Part shown: positions 49,015-60,348 of the stretch, piece after piece | How positions within the stretch are numbered: the first letter of the stretch is position 1 | How the letters are laid out: every line of letters begins with the position of its first letter | Origin: Botryllus schlosseri | Taxonomy: Eukaryota | Assembly: GCA_051294905.1 (NCBI GenBank) | Contig: CM119371.1 | Span: 26,476,001 to 26,540,000 of the forward strand | Direction of reading: 5' to 3' | DNA length: 64,000 bases | Program-made: the position numbers and the translations under genes | Notes under the pieces: generated by a model | What the model was told of the DNA's origin: nothing | The model's database searches: none | The model's input: the letters and a program-made list of their open reading frames with translations, nothing else

Positions 49015-50977
49015 CAGTGTTGGGATGACTCGAGTCATGACTTGACTCGAGTCAGACTCGGGTCAACTGTTTCGTATGACTTGACTCGACTCGAGTCACT
49101 TTGGAAAAATGACTTGACTTGACTTGACTCGGAGCTTCAAAAATGTGCATTGACTCGTGACTCGGAGCAAAATTTACGAGTCAATTTCAATTCATCAAGT
49201 AAACGGTGTCGAATAAATCACTGTATCTGGTGTATGTTCGGATCGTTCGAGATACGCCGGTGAAACTTGTGAGAGCAACCAGTCATTTACTGATTATACC
49301 AGGGGTGGGCAAACTACGGCCCGCGGGCCGCATGCGGCCCTCAACACCGTTCTGTGCGGCCCGCGAGAGTCTAAAGAAACTTATCAAAACTATTGATAAA
49401 ATGCATACTAAAAATCGAATTAATGCAGGGACTTGATTAACCTTTTTCTTAGTATATTTCACCACAATAATTCTAAGTCAATGGTTGTCAAACGGCGGGG
49501 GTCGTGAAAGCATCTGAAGGGGGTGCGAAGCTGAGCTCGACTGAAATTTTTTTCGCGCTCCGCGCGATTTACATACAATTATGGCGTAAATACTTCCTAT
49601 ATTACTTTTATGTTCAATTTCTGGCGCGACAGCCCGATCTCAAGGCCCACGTAGTTTAAAAGGTTTCAACGGGTAAACATCACGGAAATCCTAAACAACA
49701 TTGACATAATTCGGATCACGAGCGTGATTTCAGATTGGCCAGTCCAGTTTTAATTATTTCAGTGGTGTGCTTATAATAACGATTCACGCGTGTCTTGGGT
49801 AGATTCGTTCTCTTTAAGCGTATAATTAGGGGATTTATATTTTATATACACATAGTATAGAAGCGTGTTTGAAGCTAACATGGCTATGATGCTGTCAGCA
49901 TTGTGTGTCCTGGAACTGTACCAAAAGTGGAATTGGTAAATCTATGAACAGATCGCTGCTCACAGATTTAAATTTCAATCCTGTTCTAAGAATCGCGACA
50001 ACCGACAAATTGGTTATTGCGGTCGACCAGTCTATGAAATCTCGCCACTGTTTCTCACACTTGTCCGAAATCATCAAAGTAATGTTTGGTTTGAATTGAA
50101 TAGCATATATATTAGCTCCATGTCATCACTACATGATATGATCAAACACCACTACTGCGTTTTGGTGTATAGTCACAATTTTATATAATGCGGCCCGCGA
50201 ATGGATTCAGATGTCGAATGCGGCCCGCGAGCTCAAAAGTTTGCCCACCCCTGGATTATACGATACACTGAGATCCTCGATTGTTAGATCACGATTAAAT
50301 CAGCCGCAAACTAAACAATCACAGCTTAGGTTGTCGTAGTAGTAGAAGATTGCTATAAATAGCAATGTGTCTCTGTTTCTTAGACTGCTCAATACTTAAG
50401 TTGCGCAGTGCTCACCTCTACCAACCCTTTTGTGTGATTTAAATTGAACAAATACAATTTGTGCGTTTATATTCTCACGGATGTGTAGATGGGTAGTGTA
50501 TAGGCTATTTTGCCATGTCAATTTGTTTCAAGTTCTCGAAGCTTCGTATTAGGTCCTGTATTATGGCTGATAATAACTGACAGTAGCATGTAGCTGTACA
50601 GTGTAGTGTACACTGTACAGTTACTCACGCATTTTATTAGCGCTTCTACGTGTGCGTGAGGGTTACAACGTCTTTTGCATGTATATTCAACTAGATATTC
50701 GTTATTTGATTTCAGATAAATGATCAAATAATCTGTCTTCGACACATCTAGCAAATTGTAATGACTTTGAATCATCACTCATACTTCGAAAATTCAATTT
50801 GACTTGAATTGTGACTTGACTCGTGACTTGACTTGACTTGACTCGACTTGACTCGAGTCACCTCCAAAAAACGAGTGACTTGACTTGACTCGAGTCACCT
50901 TTGAAAATCAATTGACTTGACTTGACTCGAGTCAAAATCTGCAATGACTCGAAAGTAGTGACTTGATCCCAACACTG
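49015..50977 (-). mobile_element. CAGTGTTGGGAT-TIR hAT element containing a nested Charlie-like element
   Basis: Perfect TIRs, TSD atatacat, inverse homolog of 6080-7066. Confidence 0.92.
49300..50253 (+). mobile_element. Non-autonomous hAT-Charlie element, CAGGGGTGGGCAAACT-TIR family
   Basis: Perfect TIRs, TSD gattatac. Confidence 0.92.
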
Positions 50978-51323
50978 ATATACATGAATATACATATAAA
51001 CTGTCCAACCAAAGGCGGGCAAGTGTCACGGATTCGCGATAGTACATGAAATTGTTTCGTTTCGTTCGGGTCGGCGCGTTTCTCGTTTTAGCCTACAGCG
51101 CGCGCCCGATCTATTGTCTTTTATCTAATATTTCTTCTGTTAATTCGTCGTTCTCATTTCGGGTTCTCCTTTCGATTCTTCCTACTACAGAGTTCTGGGT
51201 CCATTTCTTGTCCATTTTGGGTGTTTCCCAGATCTTCTTATTTCTTTCGCTCCAGACGGCCTGTTTAAACATGGATTTTAGTTTTATCAGCGACACGTTG
51301 TTACATTCCCTTATGGGATTTTC

Positions 51324-53063
51324 CAGAGGTGGTCTATAGCGAAGTACTTCTACTTTTTCGAAGTACTCAAGTAGATTTCCTCTACTTCTAATTCTACTTC
51401 GTAATATATTTTGAACTACTTACTTACTTTTCGCTATTTTCAGTTTGTCATTTAGAAGTAGTCTAATCCTCCAATACGAAAGATAACATAAGGAATTTCG
51501 GGGCTGTTTTCAAGTAGTACCAACATTTAATTTTATATAAGTCACGTAATATCCAGATTTTTCGTTGTGCTTCTCGCACAGTAGATATGGAGTGACAAAT
51601 ATGTTTTAACGAAAGTATCGCTGAATATAATTTAGATATCGGGTTGCGTGGTTCCGTTCACACCGCATTGTTGCCTATATCAAATATTTCATCGCAGTAA
51701 GTGTGGCCGCCCATAACGTTTGAAACTGCCGTTTCGCAATCTAGCAATAACAGATTATATCTAGCAGCCCATATAACGTGTTCTAATCTGAAATAGTGGA
51801 CTTTGGCTTTTTTAACGTTATACCTGTTTTAGTAGACCACCGTTGAAACTTTCTGGACAAAAGACATTAAATATATATTCCACTTTTAATAAGTAGTATT
51901 TATATTTTTTTCTTTCCATTACGAGTATTATACGTTAAGTTCGAATTACAGCGGCCTTGTCTGCCCCCAATCGTCAGCTCCTTGAGGTGACCATCGGAGA
52001 CGCTAAGTCACTTGTCCGCCAGTATTTGCGAACTCTCTGGCGGGAACTGCACGCGTCTGAAGATAAAGGGATGCATTATAAGCGTTTCCATAGTTGTATT
52101 TCAACTAAATTCAGGCCAATGCATGCATATCGGCAATTTGAGGTCATCATGTTCCGTCCGCGCTCCGGCCACTTTTGGCTAAAAGCTCATTCGTTTAGAA
52201 TATGATGTTCAGATACTTCGCTCTGTCTTCATTGTAATATCGACGAAACCGTCGACCCTTTCCTACTGAATTACGCAAGATATGATGTTCAACGGTCCTT
52301 TCTCATTGAGTCCTGCCGTAATCGTGACATCTCATTCACGACTTATAACCTCTTGGTCCAGCCCGAGCTATTAACCCCTCTGGCTGAATTCGTGATATCA
52401 TCTCGTAGATTCCTTTAATCGTTGATCCATATATAGCCGAGGATGAATTACATTTCAAAGTAACTTACACCAGAAGGTAATTACAGACCGTGGCGCACAA
52501 GACCCGTACGGGAATAAAGAGAATAAAGCTATATACACTTTACCATCTTTACGATCTGCCATCTTTTAAATTACCTTATACTAATCACGCAAAGTGTTAA
52601 AGCCGTATACGACACAATATCTCCGTATTACTCTTCGACTGAACTGGGGGCATTATAATAAGGGGAGGGCGCCATGCCATGATCTTCTCTACAACGTGGT
52701 GTTCGAGTAAACAAAGGATTAGTATCGCATTTCCATATCAATACTGTCATTTACATCCCATGATGTGGACGACTGCTTATTTATTCAAAAATTGACACCT
52801 CCCGGGATGCATCAATATGAATCAAGTTCTCTACACCTTCCGCATAGCTCCATTTGCAGCTTTTTACAGTTCATGCGAACGAATTACGATCCTTTGCACA
52901 ACTACTTACTTACTTGAGTAGATTTAAAGTCAGTCAATTCTACTTCTACTTCAAGTAGTTTTAGGTTGCTTATGAAAGAACTACTTCTACTCGTACTTGA
53001 GTAGATTTTCTCGTCGCTACATCTATTTGGGTAGCTTTCTTGACTATACTTTGACCACCTCTG
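51324..53063 (+). mobile_element. CAGAGGTGGTC-TIR hAT element with a nested LINE fragment
   Basis: TIRs with perfect TSD ggattttc. Homolog of 44210-45492 carrying ~570 bp of unrelated sequence. Confidence 0.92.
51945..52520 (+). mobile_element. 3' fragment of an I/Nimb/Jockey-group-like LINE
   Basis: MFRPRSGHFWLKAHSFRI*CSDTSLCLHCNIDETVDPFLLNY fits the RLRxGH...CxxC...ETVxHxLxxC ORF2 C-terminus. The stop is near 52418, followed by AATAAA repeats. Confidence 0.7.
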
Positions 53064-55006
53064 GGATTTTCTGGATTCATGTTCAGGATGGTTTGAGGAT
53101 CTGTTTGATGTTTTCTGTGTCCTGTTATTTCCTTCCAGATATCTAAAAACAGACTCATTACTGGCTTCGTCGCCTCGCAATTTGCGAAGAGATGAACATA
53201 GGACTCTGCATGAATGTGGCTGAAGGTGCAATGTGCAGTATGGACGGCACACTTGCGTGTAGTCGGTCTCTTGCCGGAATAAGGTGGTGCGATATTTTCT
53301 AATTTAGGTTTCGTTGTGGATGAGGCTTACGTGTTGAACGTCCTTCCAACCAGGTCACTCCATTGCTAGGATGTTTCTTGTGTTGTTCCTCGCCGTCGTG
53401 GTTTTGTATATCGCCTTTCTTCTGGTGAGCTTCGCTACATCAGGCTGAAGATATTTCATTGTGTTCCATGTTCCAGCCTCTTTTCCCATTAATTTTCTCA
53501 TTCTCCAGCATGAACAGAATGGCTGGCTTGATGCAGAGCAGGTCAGTGACCACCACAGTTTTCAAACCTTCTGAAGTTTTTTTCCAATTCTTTCGTGGTG
53601 TGGCTCGCCTTGTTCGCCACCCGTTTCCAGTGCTCGTTTGTGTCCATTTCTTCATGGACTATAATGTTTCCGAGAATTTGTAATTTTCTTACTCATCGTA
53701 TTTCTGTTGGTTTCCCCTCCATCTTTTCCTTTCGAAGCTGATTCCCATGGCCTGCTCTTGATTTATCTTGAGCGCGCTCGCCTTCTCAAAGTGTCCGATT
53801 ATCTCAACTGTATGTTCGGCGTTTTCTTCTTTTGCTAGAGTGATGGTGATATCGTCACCATATACGAAGGCGTTGTTATCAACTTCTTGTAGCCAGTCAG
53901 GCGGTATCCTTCTACTTCGTGATCGCGATCCAATGACAAGATGAGGTGTAGCAAACATTGCACAGTGAGTTTAACATGGCGTATCTACGGGGTTGTTGTT
54001 TCAAATACCGAAACACGAGACCAACATCGCGATCAACCTAATGATGACCTGAGATTCCTTGAACATCGAATCGCGACAGGCTACTCGAGTTCTCTTGATA
54101 TAAATATCTAGGGAATGATGTGGGATCTCTGAAAGTCGACGTAATGGCTCGCATGTAATAGTTCGCTTGCCAAAGGATTTTGGACATTGTACAGCAGGAT
54201 ATCGTAAAAAGCAAATGTCATAAGGCGTTGTGAAGACAACAGCCACAAGCTCATTTGCTCTGATTACGCGAAAATCACACTGATGCGACAAAAGGTATTG
54301 CCTAAAGTCTTGGAAATATATTTTACTGTATTTTACCTGCTTGGCGATGTATTTTCTCTTTATAGTCCCGGATTTCGGTGCTGAAAGTATTCATATGCGA
54401 TTTATTTTACTGTCGTTTTCACGGGGCTCTTTTAATGTAGTTCCAGCTTATCGGTGTCGTATTCATTTTTCATATATTAGCAATTTCATCATCCAAACTC
54501 GATCACAGGCCTTAATCAAGATGTAAGCATGTGAAAAAAGCATAATTCTCACTCCAGACATGGCTGGAACAAGATGTTTGGTCATACCGAAGTGTCGAAA
54601 TTTGCCTTCGTAAATACTATAAATTTCGAATATGGTCGAAATTTCAATTCAAGATTGCACGGCTGTTAATGGTTGGAATTGACTGAAATTTGTAGCGTTT
54701 TTCAGGCAACCTGACAATTTTATCATTAAGCGAGTGAAATCTAGAAAATAAGGTATTTGTGAACAACCCTAATTTGTAGCCGACTAAAGACGTTAGATTA
54801 GTTCTACCAGAAACAGTGTAATCTGCTTATAATTAAGGCTACTTGACTACCCCTATTGCAATCTCCGGTCTTGCTTATGTCTGGTATGATAAAGTCCTAT
54901 TCAGTCAGTTACAACAAAAAAAAAGGTTTCATCGTTAATTTATAATGATAAACTGCTCCTAGCAGAAAGCTGCATGCGTGTCATGTCCAATCAAAACAAA
55001 GTATCT

Positions 55007-56300
55007 TCAAGCGTGTGGCGTATGAATACCAGACTCCAGATCACTTTCAGTGCTGGTAGCTTCGATTCCATCATGCACTACATCTGCAGGCGGCAACTCT
55101 GCGTAGTCTGTGTTCTCTTCACAGAAGTTGTGCAATGTAATGCATGACGCTATCTGCAACCGAGCATTATCGGGCAAAGCATCACACCTCTCTAACAAAC
55201 AGCGCCAACGGTGCCAATGTTGTGGAAGATATCTTCTAAAAATATACTCGAGCTTATAGCCGAATGAAACAACAGCATATCAGGCTTGTATTTACTTTGT
55301 GGAAATATTCCTCAGGAGGGCTACTGGGGTAGTTATAAACTTTTAGCACCCGTGGACGCAAATGATAGGCGCTGTCAACAACTATGTAGTAGGGGATATT
55401 ACCATCATTAGGAAAGAGGTCATTCAGTTTTAAAAGAATGACGATCAATCGTGCGCAGGGCTCTTAACAGGTCAAAGTTAAAGGACCTACTGGTTGAAAT
55501 AATTGCCGTGATCTGCCGTGGTGCAAATTGGCGAGTTCAGGAACATTCTAGCGTCATTCACCTTACCGGATGCGTGATGAAATCAATTGTATAAGTACTC
55601 TTACTCTAAAAAAGTCAAATTATATAGTTGAATGTTGTTCCTTTTGCACAGGCTAGGCATCAAAATAATTACTCTGACTTACCGGGCCATCCTATGGCAA
55701 CATCCAAGAATCTGAATTTTTTTGACTTGGCATAAATAGGCAAGTGAACAAATTGAACATGATCAAGTTATATCGCACCTCCCTCTGGATTCTGTTACTG
55801 CTCGAATGTTGATTGAACATCTACTCTTGCGATTGAAATAGTCAGGTCCATTTACTGCTGGTTTGGGATACTTATGTTGCAGCCGTATAGTGCACCAACG
55901 CAATTTGGAATGCCCTTGTCAATACAGAATGCCGCCGAGGTAGCTCTCTCTATGTGAGGTATCCCCGCATAATCTTTCATCATATGATTCACAATGCTAC
56001 CACGCGCATGCATGGTTATCTGTTGTGAACAAAACATTGTTGAACTCTTGACTACTTCCGATGCAAAGATCAAATCATATTTATATTGAACACTGTGAAC
56101 TTTCCAAGAACGAAGTATTCACCAACACCGCGTTAACTCATGTCACTACCAAGACACATAGGGCGATGGCAACACACTGAACAGGTTTCTCGAAATTGGT
56201 TTGCTTTTTGACAAGCTTTCACGTATGTACTCAACGAGTAGCCTACGGAGAATGTGTCTCTGAAATGTGACGTTATGCAGGATCAGAAAATATCTTTATT
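55007..56300 (-). pseudogene. Decayed intron-containing Harbinger/HARBI1-like DDE_Tnp_4 transposase
   Basis: GIPNCVGALYGCNISI, PDYFNRK, FLDVAIGWP (donor GTAAG), VNDARMF, YYIVVDSAYHL and RWRCL...IASCITLHNFC. Stops and frameshifts are present. Confidence 0.8.
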
Positions 56301-56332
56301 GTATATCTCAATCGTACAATAACCTGTAGATA

Positions 56333-56421
56333 TAGTATCCACAGGCACATAAGTGTTTTTTGATCATAAAGTATAAATTATTCTTTATGATCAAAACACA
56401 CTTATGTGCCTGTGGATACTG
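56333..56421. mobile_element. 89-bp palindromic MITE, TA-flanked (Tc1/mariner-like ends)
   Basis: About 39-bp near-perfect inverted arms with an ~11-nt loop, ta|(t)agtatcc...ggatactg|ta. Confidence 0.65.
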
Positions 56422-56665
56422 TATAATCCCTTTTTCAGACGTAAATAGCGTTTGTAATTAGCCTCTTCCGATGAATTGCGAGCTCTCCCAATAGCCACAG
56501 TTGGGCTTCGGTCGTTCTCGGCGAAGCGATATATCATTTCTCATTGCAGCTAGGCGAGGTCATTGGTCGTCTTGTCTTCGCTGCGAACAATTGATCGCAT
56601 CATTCTCCGTGTTTTTTTTTTACGAAAAATTGAATACAATTATATGTTCTTACGACAACTCACAT

Positions 56666-57867
56666 TAGGGCGATTCTTTTTGACATGTCAAAAAAAGTCA
56701 AAATAAGGTCAAAATTTTAGCTTTAGGTCAAAAAAAGTCAAAATTGTTTACAAAGACATAATTTTTTGAAACCTGCATTTCATTTGTATCGGATATTTCG
56801 CTCAATCGGTGAACTTATCGTTTGACATTTTTCAGCTTGTAGCCCACTTTATAGACGGCGCATTGTCTCCTCACTGTGAATCATAAACACTGTCAAATGA
56901 AAAAATAGGTTGACACAAAGTTACGCCCAAGGCTCAACGTACCGCAATATCCTAAGTGAAGCAAGACTGCGTGGGCATTGCATGGTTCTTATATCTTTAT
57001 GAAAAATTGAGATGTACACCATTGTCAGAATGAAGCAACACGGTGTGTCACTAGCAGTGCTCGCACGCACAACTTCAGTGTTCTCAGCTAGCAGCTGCTA
57101 CAGTTGAACGTTCTTTCTCCATTCTTCTTGTTGTTGTTTGTATATTCATGGTGTTTGTCGACGACAATGGTCATTTACACCAGGCCGATATTCTTTATTT
57201 TCGATTCCGTATCCGCCGAGTATCTGCCAACTTGTAGCACGGTCCACTTCTATGCTTTTTGTAAGACAACGCTCACGCGGATGAGAGGGCGAGGAGGAAC
57301 CTATAGATAAACCTTCAACACTTGGGTAGGAATTATGGAGTCGACTTCGGTCGGACTAGAACCCACAACCCATTGGTGTTGTAGCTGTGGATTATCCCAC
57401 TACGCTATATCGCCACATCTCCATTCTTGGCAAGCTACTTCGTAAAGACAGACACTTTTTACCCGAGAATCAGTGATACCTAGAACTAGATATCTAGATA
57501 TCCCGCCAAGAATGTAGGAAAGTACCTTTCGTTGTACTGCAACAAATTGTAATTATTTTCACCATAGTCGTCATGTACTGGAATTCATCATATGGGCCAG
57601 ATTTTGTTAAAATAATATTTTGTCACGTAAAAATTTGTCAGTTTTTGAGTCAAAAAGGTTTTTCAGGGAAAACTACTTCGTAAGGACAGACAGTTCAAAC
57701 CAGAAATGAGGATAAGTAGTACAATTCTAACATTTTTTGGGAAAACATCTAATTTGCATACGTTAGGTCAGAATTTGGTCAGAATTTAGTTTAAGGTCAA
57801 AAATTGTCAAAATTTGGATTTTTAGGTCAAAATCTTTAGTTTTTAGGTCAAAAAAAAATTCGCTCTA
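56666..57867 (+). mobile_element. TAGGGCGA-TIR family element containing a SINE
   Basis: Ends tagggcgatt/aattcgctcta, homology to 22703-24030. Confidence 0.8.
57127..57417 (-). mobile_element. tRNA-derived SINE
   Basis: 11-bp TSD tctccattctt. The empty site is visible in the sister elements at ~37215 and ~20165. Confidence 0.9.
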
Positions 57868-58343
57868 CTCATAATCATAAATACTGCGAGTACATTTATG
57901 CTATGAATCATTGCATCGAACCAATCAATAAGAGATTCCTTGCGCCATAATATCCATCTTTTGACCCACAAACAAACTTGAGCAGAGTGCTCATCAGGTT
58001 CTCACAACTGCGCTATACTATATTGGCACCTTCCTCCATTCATAGCATTCATTCTTCTAATACTGAGATATGAACGTCCAAGGAATCACCACGCGCATCT
58101 GGCTCGGCGAAAAGCTCACCTTTGACTCACCCGCTCAAGCTTGATGCTCAGCAAGGTCATAAATTCGGCCTCTGGCATATATCTGTTGGATAATCCTGCT
58201 TGTGCCAAAAGTTATCGACACGTCATATTTCGTGTTGTTGGGAGGGGGCGTTCACACTTTCATTTGTGTGCCTTGGAGTCGACGTTTATCAAAATATAAC
58301 AGCCCAGGCTGTGTCAAAAATGGAGTTCGTGTACCATCTAGAA

Positions 58344-59404
58344 CAGTGGTCGGGAACCTTTTTCGACCGAAGATCCATATTGACCTGATATTTTTAATTA
58401 TAACTCCCAAAGGGCCATACATGTCAATCAAATGTTACGTCATAATTGAACATCAGTGACGTATTGGTAGCGTAAATATATGGGATTCGTATTGTGCGCC
58501 ATCTATTTCTGCCCACATGAGTAGGTGGAGCCAAACATGGTCACTACAGCATTACATAGATACCGACCGTGTGATACGTCAGTGACGTAGGTTTAGGGGA
58601 TGCAAGTGCCTCAGATATCGTCAAGGATGAGTGAAAGAAAATTATGAACCATTCAATGGTTATTCGTATCTTTTGTCGATGTTTATGAATGAATTGATTT
58701 TGAACATTTTTATTCGCAAAATCATGGAATTTTCATATTTATTGTTCGAAAATAAAGTGCAAAGGGAGAGGTACGACTCAGAAAAGGCACAGGCGGGCCA
58801 AGCCACACCTGTGAAAGAGCAACTCATCGTAAATAGCCTAGAATTTATATTCACTGATATTAATCAAATATAATTATCGAGCTGATTCTGAAAATCCAAG
58901 TATTGATCGACTCCTAACATATTCGCCGTAACGTAACGTTGCGTTACACACCTACATTTTTAAGGGGTGTTAAAAAGCTGATAACCAATCGAGATTTTAA
59001 TTTAATTTTAATTCGAATTTCAAATTGTGAATTTCATTCCAAGGTACTTTATTTCTCGGTGTAGATCAAGGTATCGTGCAATCCAAGATTTCCAGGCGCG
59101 TGATGATTGGTAGACTGAATTCATGTGTGGTGCTATTCACCGACGGTGCGGCAGCAAGTTATAAATTGGGGATTTTGAAAAGAGGGTGGTGCGAGCCCCT
59201 CACCGTTGATACCTCACTGTCTTCACCTCTCAAAGACATATTTGCGCTGCCACATAAATAATTATTCTCGTCGTCATGGAAATTTACTTACAAGTTGCTG
59301 CAAAATTGATAAATTAAGTACAAAATTGATAATTTCTAAAAGAGCCATATGTTATACCCCAAAGAGCCATATATGGCTCGCGAGCCATAGGTTTCCGACC
59401 ACCG
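58344..59404. mobile_element. Non-autonomous hAT-Charlie element
   Basis: TIRs cagtggtcgggaacct/aggtttccgaccaccg with perfect TSD atctagaa (nTCTAGAn-type). Confidence 0.88.
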
Positions 59405-59428
59405 ATCTAGAAGTAGTACATTGAACGC

Positions 59429-60348
59429 TAGGGATGGTGTGAACCTCTGAAAGGTTCAGGTTCGTGTGAACGCGAACCTTTTTGAAAGGTTCTGTGTGAA
59501 CGCGAACGTGAACCTCATGACGTCTCGTGACGTCATATTTTCCAATTCCAATCCTACATTTCAGTGAAGTGATAGCCTAGTTGTACACGATATCTAGCGA
59601 CGACTCGGGCCACATAATGCCACAATGCTGAAGTACATATTGACATTTTTAAAAGTCGCCAAATGTATCTACTGGGGCAATGAAATGATATAATAATCCC
59701 ATAAATCACTATCTTCCGTCGCTTTGCCAACAATTTCGACGAGTACCTGCAAGGGAATATTAGCTTACGCCTTAACGGTCTAGGCCAGATCGGACAATGT
59801 ATTCGGCGTCTGAGTATTGTTACGTTGATATAGAGCAGAGTGTAAAACGGATTTCTATACTTGCTACCGATATTACCCAATTCACAAGTTATTCAGCAGT
59901 AGCCAACATCCCAATCACACGGATTTGGTGTTTATCATACAATAAACATATGAAGTCAAGATTGACCACGTACGCCTGCCAGATTTTCTACATCAGACAA
60001 TTATATCAATTTCATTGATTGGTTGAATAAGCGTTCGCTGACTGCATGTAGTGTACTTCGCTATTGATGTTTTGTGATTGCGGGTCAAGCTCACAGCAGA
60101 GAGTCGATAAATATTCACAAACCGAAAGCTGGATATTTCAAGCAAACTTTTGTAACAAAAGCAAATAGAATTTTTGAGGTTGTCAAGGTCGTGTAGTGTT
60201 GATTGTTTTATGCTGCAAGCGCCATTGCATCGTATTGCCCGCAGTTTAAATGCAGAACCTACCAAGGTTTGTTTGTGAACGTGAACCTTTAAATTTCAGA
60301 GGTTCACACATGAACGCGAACGTGAACCTCGCGTTCACACCATCCCTA
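59429..60348 (-). mobile_element. Non-autonomous hAT element, TAGGGATGGTGTGAAC-TIR family
   Basis: Perfect TIRs, TSD ttgaacgc. Confidence 0.92.

Larger units (their letters stand above)
51111..53900 (-). mobile_element. 5'-truncated, decayed L1/Tx1-like LINE ORF2, split by hAT element 51324-53063
   Basis: RT motif YGDDIT...FEKASALKIN, zinc-knuckle remnant PYC...HLFANC, C-terminal AVWSERNKKIW. The frame resumes across the insertion (NMNPENP|IRECNN). Confidence 0.8.
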
